Below are positions 37,675-47,636 of a DNA stretch of 64,000 nucleotides, piece after piece (position 1 is the stretch's first letter; every line of letters starts with the position of its first letter). Location of the stretch: positions 3,009 to 67,008 of the forward strand of contig CAXMQZ010000006.1 in assembly GCA_964195975.1 (NCBI GenBank), given 5' to 3'. Origin of the DNA: an uncultured Polyangiaceae bacterium (GTDB lineage Bacteria; Acidobacteriota; Thermoanaerobaculia; Multivoradales; JAHEKO01). The translations under genes and the position numbers were made by a program. The notes below the pieces were generated by a model. That model was given only the letters and a program-made list of their open reading frames with translations. It was not told the origin of the DNA and made no database searches.

Positions 37675-39252
37675 CTACTCGAGATAGCCCAGCGCCTTGA
37701 GCTCTTCAATCAGGGCTTCGTCGACCTCGGATGCCATCGGCTCGCCCGGCTCAGAGGTTCCCCAGGTGGAGATCGATTTTGGGGGATGGCTTTGCAGGAA
37801 GCTTTTCTCAAACAGCTCGAGCCGAGCGGTCCCATCGAAGTCTTTGGCCACTGGAAGACCCATTGCGACGAGCAGGGTCGGGGTAATGTCCAGGCTGTGA
37901 ACCGAATCGAGCTGCGAAGATTGTTCGATGATGGGTCCCGACGCGATGAAAATGCCCTTGGTGGCCTTGGAATGGCTTCCCGAGATCTCCTGACCGATCC
38001 GAACATCGGCAGGAAGTATCTTGCCGTCGAACACAATCTCCGATGTCGCGCCGTCGCTTTGAACCACAGCGGTGATGTCACCACCTCTGTCTAGCTCGCC
38101 GCCGCGTGGATCTCGAACTCGAAACACCGGCTTTCCGTTCCCATAAACAAGCTTGGACAGGTCGTCGAAGAGCTCGGTGCGGGTCTGCTCGACGTCGCCC
38201 GGTTCTACGGCACCCGCAGGCTCACCGTCGGTGCGAGCCAGTCGTACCATCTTGATTCTCTGATCCGGCGGCGAGTCCCAGGAGACGGCCCGGGTGCGCG
38301 AGCGATCGATGACACCCCCGGACCGGCTCAGGTATCCCATGCCCTCGAGCAGTCGGCTGAGATCGATCGAGACCCGGCGTCTGGGCCTCTTGAGAGCGTA
38401 GAAGCCGTGATCCGAGACGACAAAGAAGGTTGTATTCGGGTCGGCTGCCGCGATCAACTCGCCGACAAGACGATCGACCGCTTCGTACGCCTGAGGAATA
38501 CGATCACCGAACCGCTCGACTCCTCTCTCATCGACCGAGTCGAAGCTCTCCGGTCTGAAGTACTGCCAATATTTGTGGCTTTCGGCGTCGACATTGCGCT
38601 GATAGAGCATCAGGAGATCGAAGTCGCTCGATGCCAGTCGGCGCGCTACTGCGGCGAGGGCTCTGTCCTGGCGACCGATTCGCGTTTCGGCTTCTGGAGC
38701 AGGGAGGCTGTCGACGTCCTGCTCCAGTATCGTTTGAAACCGATCGGCGAATTCGGCGGGATAGAAGGCGTTTTCGACATCACCGAGGGGTCGATCTGAG
38801 ACTACGATCCCCGAGATCTCCTCCGCAGGCCACGATGCCCACCATCCGAGAACAGCCACGCGCCGCTCGGCAGCCGAGGCCATGCTCCAGAGCGCTGGCA
38901 CCCTGCGCACGGTCGAGGAGACCGGGACGTCGCCTTTTTCGGTGGTGACGATAAAGTTCGTGATGCCGTGACGCTCAGGTAGCACCCCTGTTGCCATCGA
39001 TGTCCAGATGACCGGCGAAGCGTCGTCGACGGGAATCAGTTGTGAGGTGACTCCAGATTCCGCAAGCTGGTGCAGATGGGGCAATCTGCCATTCGACCAA
39101 AGCTCCTCGATGGCGCTCCAAGAGGCGCCATCTATGCCGACGACGACCACAGGTCCGGTTGAGGAGTGCTCAGGCTCCGATGGCGAGCAGCCGACGCCCC
39201 CCAGGAAGAAAGCCAGAGTGAGCAACGCTGCTTGAAGCCGGTGTTTGAGCAT
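37675..39252 (-). CDS. Alkaline phosphatase superfamily phosphodiesterase, probable lipoprotein
   Basis: GVGC lipobox, VVGIDGAS, WTSMATG, VVSDHGF, LKALGY C-terminus. Confidence 0.85.
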   Translation of the reverse strand: MLKHRLQAALLTLAFFLGGVGCSPSEPEHSSTGPVVVVGIDGASWSAIEELWSNGRLPHLHQLAESGVTSQLIPVDDASPVIWTSMATGVLPERHGITNFIVTTEKGDVPVSSTVRRVPALWSMASAAERRVAVLGWWASWPAEEISGIVVSDRPLGDVENAFYPAEFADRFQTILEQDVDSLPAPEAETRIGRQDRALAAVARRLASSDFDLLMLYQRNVDAESHKYWQYFRPESFDSVDERGVERFGDRIPQAYEAVDRLVGELIAAADPNTTFFVVSDHGFYALKRPRRRVSIDLSRLLEGMGYLSRSGGVIDRSRTRAVSWDSPPDQRIKMVRLARTDGEPAGAVEPGDVEQTRTELFDDLSKLVYGNGKPVFRVRDPRGGELDRGGDITAVVQSDGATSEIVFDGKILPADVRIGQEISGSHSKATKGIFIASGPIIEQSSQLDSVHSLDITPTLLVAMGLPVAKDFDGTARLELFEKSFLQSHPPKSISTWGTSEPGEPMASEVDEALIEELKALGYLE

Positions 39253-39265
39253 GTAGCGAAGAGCC

Positions 39266-40084
39266 CTAATCGGTCGGGTCGAGGTTTTGGTTCCGTTGTT
39301 CGCGTTTGACCGCCTGCCAGAGCTCCTCGAGTTTCTCGAGCGGAGTCTCTGTGATGGATCGACTGTCGGCAGCCAACTTGGTTTCCATACGGGCGAATCG
39401 TTCGCGAAACTTCCTGTTCGAGCTCGACAATGCCGCCTCAGGGTCGAAGCCGAGTTTGCGGGCTAGGTTTGCGACCGTAAACAGCACGTCACCGATCTCT
39501 TCCTTGACAGACTCCGAGCGGTTTTCGGTCTCATTTTCGTCGAGGGCCTGTTGAAGCTCACTGAGCTCCTCCTCCAGCTTCTCCAGAATCTCTTCGGGGC
39601 TGGACCAGTCGAAGCCGACTCCGGCCACCTTTTGGGTCATTCGATGGGCGCCAAGCAGGGCTGGAAGTGAGGTTGGGACGCCGGCAAGAATCGACTCGTG
39701 TGGCTTTCGATCGTCGGCCTTTCGACGCTCCCAGGCCCGATGGACGGCATCGCTGGTCGCCAGACGCTCGGAGCCAAAGACGTGTGGGTGCCGCGAGATC
39801 ATCTTGGCCTCGATTCGATCGACCACGTCGTCGATATCGAACCGAGACTCTTCCTGAGCGAGGTGGGCCACAAAGACAATCTCGAACAGGAGATCGCCCA
39901 ACTCGCCGCAGATTTCGTCCCAATCTTCGCTATCGATGGCGGCTGCGACTTCGTGAGCCTCCTCGAGCAGATAGCCCCTGAGATCCTCAATCTGTTGTTC
40001 CTGATCCCAGGGACAACCGTCTGGGCCCCTGAGTCTGGCCATGAGGGTGGTCAGCTTGTTCAGGGTCTGCGAGGGTCGCGTCAT
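39266..40084 (-). CDS. mazG: Nucleoside triphosphate pyrophosphohydrolase
   Basis: LRGPDGCPWD, EEAHE, ELGDLLF, RHPHVF, GFDW, EEIGD. Confidence 0.95.
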   Translation of the reverse strand: MTRPSQTLNKLTTLMARLRGPDGCPWDQEQQIEDLRGYLLEEAHEVAAAIDSEDWDEICGELGDLLFEIVFVAHLAQEESRFDIDDVVDRIEAKMISRHPHVFGSERLATSDAVHRAWERRKADDRKPHESILAGVPTSLPALLGAHRMTQKVAGVGFDWSSPEEILEKLEEELSELQQALDENETENRSESVKEEIGDVLFTVANLARKLGFDPEAALSSSNRKFRERFARMETKLAADSRSITETPLEKLEELWQAVKREQRNQNLDPTD

Positions 40085-40087
40085 GGT

Positions 40088-40123
40088 TGTGTGAAGCTTC
40101 CGATATGTGTGAAGCTTCCGATA
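40088..40123. repeat. 18-bp perfect tandem duplication
   Basis: TGTGTGAAGCTTCCGATA at 40088-40105 and 40106-40123, 3 nt upstream of the mazG start. Confidence 0.85.
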
Positions 40124-40188
40124 TCTGACAAAGTCTGCGACTTGCTACCATAGCAATACTTGATAAGAGCCGCCGAGGGGGCGAGACA

Positions 40189-40698
40189 TTGGAAGAGAAG
40201 AAGATCAAAGTCACCGATAAGAGGATGTTTACTCCGGACGGTGAGCTTCGAGAGGAGTATCGGAGCTCGATCGAGGAAACACCGGAGCCAACACCAGAGG
40301 TTGAGCAGGCGACCTCACGAGAAGAGGTCTCTCAGAAAGAAAGTACCGATCCGGAGAGTCAACCAGAGCCCGCGGCCCCTGCTGGCGAGCCTTCCACTGA
40401 AGGCTCGATCGGTGAGCGCTCGGCTGGGGTAGAGATCCCGGATATGGGTCCTGGGGCCAAGAAGCCGGAGTTTGCGGATTTGGTAGCCCTGCTGGCGCAG
40501 CCGATCGCCATGTATCTGGGAGACGTACCCCTACCGGATGGCGAATCTGCCGAAAATTTGGACTTGGCAAGACTGTATATCGACATGCTAGAAGTCCTAC
40601 AAACCAAGACAAAGGGGAATCTCTCGGCACAAGAGCTGAGTTTCCTCGATGACCTGCTGTATCAAATTCGATTGCGCTACGTGCAGAAACGCGGGTAA
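40189..40698 (+). CDS. DUF1844-domain protein
   Basis: KIKVTDKRMF; ARLYIDMLEVLQTKTKGNLS..E..FL..LLYQIRLRYV; TTG start. Confidence 0.82.
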   Translation: MEEKKIKVTDKRMFTPDGELREEYRSSIEETPEPTPEVEQATSREEVSQKESTDPESQPEPAAPAGEPSTEGSIGERSAGVEIPDMGPGAKKPEFADLVALLAQPIAMYLGDVPLPDGESAENLDLARLYIDMLEVLQTKTKGNLSAQELSFLDDLLYQIRLRYVQKRG

Positions 40699-40708
40699 AA
40701 CTGTCAAC

Positions 40709-42514
40709 GTGGTGTCAGGATTGCGATCTTTTGCTGGCGACAAGGGGGCTTCTGTAAGCCGGAAACCCCTATTGTGGCCACTATTCGGGGTCTTTTTCGC
40801 CCTTCTGGTCTGCCTGTTCGGCGGGCTCGTAACACCGGCGTTGGCTCAGGACGACACGCCGGTAGCCGAAGTTCTCGATCTCAGTCCACAAGCCCTGACG
40901 CAATTCGTGCGTCTGCAAGACGGTTGGCTGGAATGGTTGGCCGCCGCGCATCAGGGCGATCGCGAGCGAGTCGCGGTTGCGGTTGACCGCCTACTCTCGG
41001 ATGCTCGTGATCTGGGCATGGAGCGCCTACCCGACTTGAGCTTGGGAGCGGCAGGCCAGGCGCTCGCTTTTGCTCGCGAGGATCGCTTCGAGGTCGCCGG
41101 TTGGTGCATCGCGGCTGCCGAGGCCTTGGACCCGGGGCGACCCGAGGTCGCGTTCGCAGCAGCCAGGGTCGCAGACCTGGAGGGCGAGACATGGAGTTCG
41201 ATCCGCCACCAGGCCGATGGGTTTCAACGGCTTCTTTCCGAGCCTTTGGCCTTCTATCTGTTTCGCGCCGATCTAGGCCACTGGGCGCTTTTCTCGATGC
41301 TGATCGCAGGAGCTCTTTTTGTCGCCGCCCTGATGTCTACTCGTGGCGTAGAGTTGTTCCACGACGTCTATTCTTTTGTAAATAGGTATGTGCCCGAGTC
41401 GATAGCGATCGGGTTGACCCTCGTCTTGATGCTTTGGCCGCTCTTTTTGCCGGCCGGTCTGTTGTGGTTGGCACTCTACTGGTCTGTCTTGCTTTGGAGC
41501 TACGGATCGATCGTGGAGCGCGTTATCCTGGTAGGTCTCTGGGTCGTACTCGGATTCTCACCGACCCTGATCAATGAGCAAAGACAACAGATGAGAGTCG
41601 CGTTGGCGCCAACGGTTCTGTCGATGGACAGTCTGGCAAACGGCCGGCTCCGGGGAAGCCTGTTTGGCGACCTGGCCACGCTCCGTGAGGCGCTACCCGA
41701 GAGTGCCGCCGTAACTCAACTGATTGCAGATCTGCATGCAACGCTGAAGGAGTGGTCATCGGCGCAGGTCTTGTACGCCAACATCATTCAGGAGGAGCCC
41801 GAAAACGGGAGCGCCTTGGTCAATCTCGGCGCCTGCTATTTCAACCAGGACGACTACACCCGCTCCATGGAGTACTTTCAAAGGGCTGCTCAGACCGAAC
41901 AGGGCGCGGCCATGGCCCGGTTCAACATGAGTCAGACCCTCTCAGAGCTGTACCGCTTTCGAGAGGCCGCAAGAGAGCTTGGAATCGCTCAGGAGCTGAC
42001 CAGCCAGGAAGTCCGCGCTTGGCTCAGAAGGGCTGCATATGATCGAGTCATGATCATGGATGGAGGACTGCGTCGGGCGGATGAGATTCGAGATGAATTG
42101 GTCGCAACGTGGCGTAGTGGTGAGGGTGATGCGCGCTGGTCCAGATTTGGGCCCAGTCTGGTGTCGCTGCCTTTGGCCCTTGCTTTTGTCCTTATCGCAG
42201 TGGCTCTTCACTTCGTGGTGCGGAAAAACTCTCAAGAAAATGCCCCGAGGGTGAAGGCGATGGCGCCCGAGGGGAGTTATCGCGCTGTGTTTCTGCCGGG
42301 TTTGGCCGAAGTCGAGGATGGACATCCAATACTCGCCTTCTGCGCTCTATTTATCTTGGTAGGGCTGGTGAGCCTACCGTTGGCTGGAGAGCTTGGCTAC
42401 CGGTTGCCGTGGATCTTCTCAACCGGAAACCAGCCGGCACAGTGGCTGTCATGGTTTGGGCTGGGGATCTTTTTCTTGTTTCGTTACTTGCGACAGAGGA
42501 GTAAGGGGCTCTAG
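40709..42514 (+). CDS. Multi-pass membrane protein with TPR repeats
   Basis: Several TM segments; TPR-like ALVNLGACYFNQDDYTRSMEYFQRA; start uncertain. Confidence 0.7.
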   Translation: MVSGLRSFAGDKGASVSRKPLLWPLFGVFFALLVCLFGGLVTPALAQDDTPVAEVLDLSPQALTQFVRLQDGWLEWLAAAHQGDRERVAVAVDRLLSDARDLGMERLPDLSLGAAGQALAFAREDRFEVAGWCIAAAEALDPGRPEVAFAAARVADLEGETWSSIRHQADGFQRLLSEPLAFYLFRADLGHWALFSMLIAGALFVAALMSTRGVELFHDVYSFVNRYVPESIAIGLTLVLMLWPLFLPAGLLWLALYWSVLLWSYGSIVERVILVGLWVVLGFSPTLINEQRQQMRVALAPTVLSMDSLANGRLRGSLFGDLATLREALPESAAVTQLIADLHATLKEWSSAQVLYANIIQEEPENGSALVNLGACYFNQDDYTRSMEYFQRAAQTEQGAAMARFNMSQTLSELYRFREAARELGIAQELTSQEVRAWLRRAAYDRVMIMDGGLRRADEIRDELVATWRSGEGDARWSRFGPSLVSLPLALAFVLIAVALHFVVRKNSQENAPRVKAMAPEGSYRAVFLPGLAEVEDGHPILAFCALFILVGLVSLPLAGELGYRLPWIFSTGNQPAQWLSWFGLGIFFLFRYLRQRSKGL

Positions 42515-43855
42515 ATGGCCGACGAAGGCGCCACAAAAGGTCAGGAACTGATCGAAGTCATTCTGTCGATTAGTCGCCTGGGTCGAACCGGGATTCTTAC
42601 TATTCAAAGTGAGACCGAGATCATCGGCATCTCTTTTCTTGAAGGCGACATGGTCTCCGCCGATGCTCTGAACCAGGCACAGGAAGACGGGTTTGGGGAA
42701 GTTTTGGCCGAAATGGGCAAAATCTCACCAGAGGACTACGCATCTCTGGTTGCCGAGTACCAAGCAGGTGGTGGTCGGGTGATGGATCTGCTGACCGAGC
42801 GCAATCATCTCGATCGTAGTGAGCTGCTTGCTGCCCTGAGCCAGTATGGCTACCGGCTCTGCCGCGAGGCAATGTCCTGGGACGACTACGAGTACAAGTT
42901 TTATCAGGGTCAGGAAGTCTCTTTCGAGGAAGGCGTCCGACCGCTCCAAATCGAAGAGCTTTTGGTTCGCGTGGCTGAGGATCTCGGGCCCAACGGGCCG
43001 CTGCATGGTGAGATGCCAAGCGATGACTCCATTCTGGCCAGGTCGGATTCGGCTGAGCCGATCGCGGGTCGAGACGAGCTATTGATGGGGCTCGCAACAA
43101 GGGAGGGCGGGACGACTACCCGTATTTTGGAGAATATGGACGGTCGCCGCTCAACGGCGGATCTGGCAGAGATGGTGGGGATTCCCCTCTATGAGGCTCG
43201 ACTCGCTACCTATCTCATGGTCAGATCTGGCCAAGCCAAAATTAGCGATGTCAAGCTGTCCAGATCAGCTGCCAAGAAGGCCCTTCGACACGAACAAGAT
43301 GAACAGTTAGGCGAGCTTTCGCCGGTGGTCGAGCCCGACCCGGAATTGCCACATTGGGCTGCTTCTACTCCGAGTTGGACCGATCGGTTCAGTGGTTCCT
43401 TGACCGATTGGCTGCCCTGGCTGCCCCGCGTCCTCGGTCTGGCTTTTGCGCTCGCTCTGGTCGTTGTCTGCCTGGCCGAGCCGAGCCGCGTCTTGCTGCC
43501 CTTTCCCTGGCAGGAGGGCCTACATCAGGCCGTTCAGGATGAGCAAATCTCCGCCGCATATCTGAAGATCGATCGTGCCGCCAAGACATCGTTTCTCCTC
43601 GATGGTCATTTTCCCGAAGGGCTCGATCAGCTGGTTCAGGATGGCTTTTTGGTACCCTCCGACGAGATCGATCCATCGGGTCGACAACTGGGTTACGCTG
43701 CGCAGATTGCCGGCTATCTGGTCTATCCGCTCGATGAGGGCGAGGCGGCTGCGGGTGCCTCGAGGACCGAGACCACCACCGGAAATTTTCTGCTCGACCC
43801 GGAATTTGTGCCGACCCGCCGCATCGAAGTCGATCCGCTGGTCCTCCTCGACTAG
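42515..43855 (+). CDS. DUF4388-domain membrane protein
   Basis: ISRLGRTGILTI..GISFLEGDMVSA, one TM helix, pilin-like tail with DPSG. Confidence 0.75.
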   Translation: MADEGATKGQELIEVILSISRLGRTGILTIQSETEIIGISFLEGDMVSADALNQAQEDGFGEVLAEMGKISPEDYASLVAEYQAGGGRVMDLLTERNHLDRSELLAALSQYGYRLCREAMSWDDYEYKFYQGQEVSFEEGVRPLQIEELLVRVAEDLGPNGPLHGEMPSDDSILARSDSAEPIAGRDELLMGLATREGGTTTRILENMDGRRSTADLAEMVGIPLYEARLATYLMVRSGQAKISDVKLSRSAAKKALRHEQDEQLGELSPVVEPDPELPHWAASTPSWTDRFSGSLTDWLPWLPRVLGLAFALALVVVCLAEPSRVLLPFPWQEGLHQAVQDEQISAAYLKIDRAAKTSFLLDGHFPEGLDQLVQDGFLVPSDEIDPSGRQLGYAAQIAGYLVYPLDEGEAAAGASRTETTTGNFLLDPEFVPTRRIEVDPLVLLD

Positions 43856-43885
43856 GAGCCTGTCAGCGGCTCTGCCAGGAGATCA

Positions 43886-44106
43886 GGGGGACATGTACTT
43901 GTTACGTGTCCCCCTTCGGGATCGTGTCCCTCTCCGCGCAGGTCATGTCCCGAATGTTTGCCCTTCCCTCGCTCAGACACCCGAATCGCGTTATTCCTCG
44001 TCTAGCCCCTGCTCGCCAAGACGGATACTCGCAAAACCTCGAAGTTGCGTTCAGCCTGTACACCCACGGCCCAGAGCCGCTCCTGATCACCCGGATCGTT
44101 GTCTAC
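43886..44106 (+). repeat. Left copy of a non-coding repeat (hairpin plus 143-bp block)
   Basis: GGGGGACA...TGTCCCCC hairpin 43886-43914; block 43964-44106 matches the reverse complement of 47860-48004 with 3 substitutions and one 2-nt indel. Confidence 0.85.
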
Positions 44107-44351
44107 TCGATCGAGAGCGGGCCGGGCAGCGCCGCAATGCTGACCGGGTTCTGGTAGTCGACCCAATCCGAGACTCCGTCCGAGTAGAGCGTCGTAACGA
44201 CACGGTCCGTCGCGGTGATTCCGGAGTATCCCGGTCCCAGTGCCTTGTTCCAGGCCGGCCGTAATTCGAACGGCTTGGACAATTGCGATTCGGCATCTGC
44301 ATGTACGAACGTTGGAAGAACAAGAACGGCAAGAGCGAGATATCGATACAT
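44103..44351 (-). pseudogene. N-terminal fragment of a secreted PQQ-like beta-propeller protein
   Basis: RBS, signal peptide, then WNKALGPGYSGI...TLYSDG; loses family resemblance about 50 nt before the repeat and stops at its edge. Confidence 0.55.
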
Positions 44352-44445
44352 GGGAACCTCCCTGAATCGATGTTATGCGCCTTTCTCAGTCCCTGGCGCG
44401 AGTTTGGGACGAAAGGCTACCGATGCGTGATGAGCGGGACTTGAA

Positions 44446-47115
44446 TTAAGGAAGCGCTCCATCCAGGAGCACGATGTCGGCGTCGGTCTCCACTAGCGCC
44501 GCGAAGATGTACTTGTTGTCGCTCGACCACGAGACCTGGCGGCCGATCGTGGTCGCACGTTGCTGAAAGTCCGTGATCTGACGGAGGGAACCGTCCTTCG
44601 TGGAAATGATCCAGATATTGGTGGTTCCACGATCTTTGAGCGGTGTGGCGAGCCAGCGATCGTCCGGCGACAGGCTGTATTGATGGGGCCAGAGTGGGAT
44701 GCGCGACCCCAGATTCGTGACCAGTGGTTCGGATGGTCCCGTGTCCACGGGTGACGCTTTCCACACTTCTCCCGGCCGGTTGGAGTTCGGGCTGAAGTAG
44801 CCCGTGGACCCGTCGGAGGTGACCTCGATTCCACACGCTTCGCATCGCACCGGGATCGATTTCATGTTGTCAACGTGAATCTTTTCGGTGCATTGGGTGC
44901 CGGTGTTAAGGCTGGCGCCAGTGATGTAGTAGACCCATTCGCCATCGTCGGACCATGACGCACCGGCACCGGCCACCAGCCGGCGTTGGTCGGTGCCGTC
45001 GGGGTTGACCAACCACTCCTCGGTGCCGATCCCCGTCCGGTGTTTTATATAAACGATGCCGTCTCCCCTGGGCGACCACAAAGGAATACCGATGACCGTC
45101 GAAGGATCCTGGTCGTTCGTGATCTGGCGCGGGATTTGAGACCCGTCGACGCGGGCCACCCAGACGTTGGCATGTCCACCGCTATCGGAAAGATAAGCGA
45201 CCTCTTCACCACTCGGACTGACGGAGGGCGTCTGCACCTGGCCGGTCTGCCTTGTGATGCGCTTCGCGTTCGTCACATTTTCCAGCGGCGTTCCATCCAC
45301 CGGGTAGCGGAAGACATCGGACTCGAGACGGACTCGGCTGGCGACCACTTTGCCGTCAAACGTGACATCCGGCTCCACGTAGGACGCGTACCCGGCGCCT
45401 CCTACCGACGGCATCTGGATGTCGTCGGTACCATCTGTTTTCACCGTTCGAAGACTGAAGATCGGCGGATACACCAGTGTGCTTCCTTTGGACGAGGCGT
45501 ACACCAAACGCGAGCCGTCGGGCAGCCAGGCGAAGCCCCGGACCAGCCCTGTCTGAACGATGGTCTTCGTGTCTCCCCCGGCGAGATGCAACTGGCGGAT
45601 TTCGCTGGTAACGAAGTCGATGGTGACCAGAAAGGCGATCGACTGGTCGTCCGGAGACCAACGCGGTGAGCTGTATTGCCCTGGCGATGGCAGTTTCACG
45701 GATTCGGTTTCTACGCCATCCCGGTCGAGGAGAACCAGAGCCGTTCCATCGGCATCCTTACGAAACGTGGCAATCGCGTAACCCGTGTGACTGACGTCTG
45801 ATTCGCCCTGAGCCGCTCCAACGGGCCGCGGCGGGGTCGAGCTCAGGATGAGAGTCTCCCAAAGGGAACCAGAATCGCCTGCCTCCCCCGAGTCGAGAAA
45901 GTAGATCAAGGTGCTTTCGTCGACCCAGCGTGGGAAAGAGTGGTCGGCCTCTTCCTTTGTAATCTGGATCGGCGCACCCTTCTTCTCCAGCAGACGTACG
46001 AAGACCTGTTTCTTACCGTTCACCGATGCAACGAACGCGACGGCCTTACCATCGGGGGACACGGCCGGCGTTTCTTCCATGCCGGCGATTTCCGTGAGGC
46101 GTTGTTGACGGATCGCGGGGGGTGCCGGAGCGGATGAGCGTTCGATCCAGAACCCGCCGGCGATTGCGCCGACTGTGAGAGCCGCGAGAATCAGCGCGAC
46201 GGTCCACCCGCGATTTCTTGTTCCTGTTGCGCGGGTAGTTTCGGCCACGTCGGGACCGAACTGGCCATCCAGTACTTCCGCGATCTCGATTCTGGCGTCA
46301 CCGATGTCTCGGATGCGAAGACGCGGGTCCTTGTCAAGACAACGGCGCAGTAGCTTACGAATGGAAGGCGGAGTGTCTCCGGGCAATCGTTTCCATGCAG
46401 GCTCTTGTTCGATCACCGCGGCAAGGGTCTCGGCTACGGTAGCGCGCTGGAAAACGCGGCGGCCACTAACGCATTCGAACAACACGCAACCGAACGACCA
46501 GATGTCCGTGCGTTTATCGACAGGCTTACCGCAAGCCTGTTCCGGACTCATGTAAATACTGGTTCCCAGGATGGCCCCATCGCGAGTTTGGTCCTGGTTT
46601 TCGGTCCGAGCTTCGGTGGGATCGATCGACGGATCCTCGATCTCGAACGCCTTGGCCAGTCCGAAATCGAGCAGCTTCACCGTGCCGTCGGGCTTCACCT
46701 TTACGTTGGCGGGTTTGAGATCGCGATGGATAATCCCCTGTTCGTGCGCGGCTTCGAGCGCTTCGGCGATCTGCGCGGCGATGGGAAGAGCCTCCGCAAA
46801 CGGAATCGGACCGCGCTCGATCCGCTCCGCCAGTGTCGGGCCCTCGATGAGTTCGAGGACGAGAGCCTGAACGCCGTCGGCCTCCTCCAGGCCGTGGATC
46901 CCACCGATGTTGGGGTGGTTGAGCGAGGCCAGCACCTTGGCCTCGCGCTTGAAACGGGCCAGACGCTGGGGATCCGAAGTGAACGCGGCGGGCAAGACCT
47001 TGATCGCGACCTGCCGCTCGAGGCGTTGGTCCTCCGCAAGATAGACCTCGCCCATGCCTCCGGCTCCGAGGCTGGACAGGATCTTGTACGGGCCTAGTGT
47101 CGAGTCAGGTTCCAC
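44446..47115 (-). CDS. Hanks-type Ser/Thr kinase, TM helix, TolB/PD40 beta-propeller repeats
   Basis: GAGGMGEV, VAIK, HRDLKPAN, DFG, YMSPEQ; repeats PAVSPDG, PRWSPD, PSVSPSG, PLWSPRG, LSPDDRW. Confidence 0.93.
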   Translation of the reverse strand: MEPDSTLGPYKILSSLGAGGMGEVYLAEDQRLERQVAIKVLPAAFTSDPQRLARFKREAKVLASLNHPNIGGIHGLEEADGVQALVLELIEGPTLAERIERGPIPFAEALPIAAQIAEALEAAHEQGIIHRDLKPANVKVKPDGTVKLLDFGLAKAFEIEDPSIDPTEARTENQDQTRDGAILGTSIYMSPEQACGKPVDKRTDIWSFGCVLFECVSGRRVFQRATVAETLAAVIEQEPAWKRLPGDTPPSIRKLLRRCLDKDPRLRIRDIGDARIEIAEVLDGQFGPDVAETTRATGTRNRGWTVALILAALTVGAIAGGFWIERSSAPAPPAIRQQRLTEIAGMEETPAVSPDGKAVAFVASVNGKKQVFVRLLEKKGAPIQITKEEADHSFPRWVDESTLIYFLDSGEAGDSGSLWETLILSSTPPRPVGAAQGESDVSHTGYAIATFRKDADGTALVLLDRDGVETESVKLPSPGQYSSPRWSPDDQSIAFLVTIDFVTSEIRQLHLAGGDTKTIVQTGLVRGFAWLPDGSRLVYASSKGSTLVYPPIFSLRTVKTDGTDDIQMPSVGGAGYASYVEPDVTFDGKVVASRVRLESDVFRYPVDGTPLENVTNAKRITRQTGQVQTPSVSPSGEEVAYLSDSGGHANVWVARVDGSQIPRQITNDQDPSTVIGIPLWSPRGDGIVYIKHRTGIGTEEWLVNPDGTDQRRLVAGAGASWSDDGEWVYYITGASLNTGTQCTEKIHVDNMKSIPVRCEACGIEVTSDGSTGYFSPNSNRPGEVWKASPVDTGPSEPLVTNLGSRIPLWPHQYSLSPDDRWLATPLKDRGTTNIWIISTKDGSLRQITDFQQRATTIGRQVSWSSDNKYIFAALVETDADIVLLDGALP

Positions 47116-47137
47116 GAAGCGGTGATTCTACCAGCGG

Positions 47138-47428
47138 TCACCACAGAGCGATAAACAGCACCACGAAAACGATCTTGACGAGCAATTGACGCACGCCGAT
47201 AGCGACGGGCTTGACGTGCAACGCCGGGAGCCAGACCCCGCGCAGCACTTCCGCGGTCTGCCAGAGATACGCCAACCACAGCCATTGGGATACGAAACCG
47301 ATCCGTCCCAGGACAAACGTCAGCAACAAGCCTGTCGCTGAGATGGATAGAGCGGGCGTGCCCAGACCGGCCCAAATCCCGGCCGGGGCCACCAGTGCGA
47401 TGGAGCCGGTGGCGAGGATCTCCATCAC
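47138..47428 (-). pseudogene. Hydrophobic membrane-protein fragment
   Basis: Strongly hydrophobic 96-aa frame that begins within the transposase remnant; family not recognised. Confidence 0.3.
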
Positions 47429-47429
47429 C

Positions 47430-47636
47430 CGTTGGCGTCGCTCGGCACGACGAGCCTGGGCCCATATGATCCGGCGGATCTATGAAGTCGATCCGCTGAC
47501 CTGCAGGTGTGGGGCGAAGATGAGAATCCTCGCTTTCATCCTCGACCCCGCAGTTGTCATCAAGATCCTCCGACGCATCGACAAGAGGGCCTCGACCCGC
47601 GAGCGTTCCCCTCCGTCGTCGGCATTCGCCTCGTGA
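47430..47636 (+). mobile_element. C-terminal remnant of an IS91-family transposase
   Basis: RRAWAHMIRRIYEVDPLTCRCGAKMRILAFILDPAVVIKILRRI...ERSPP matches the WAxLLxRxYxxDPLxCPxCGxxMRxxAFIxD...RAPP tail. Confidence 0.75.

Noticed and set aside
43964-44106. Repeat block as a duplicated protein-coding fragment (e.g. SLYTHG or AVGVQA frames)
   Set aside because: The copies differ by frame-breaking indels and no frame resembles a family I recognise; treated as non-coding, pending a database search.
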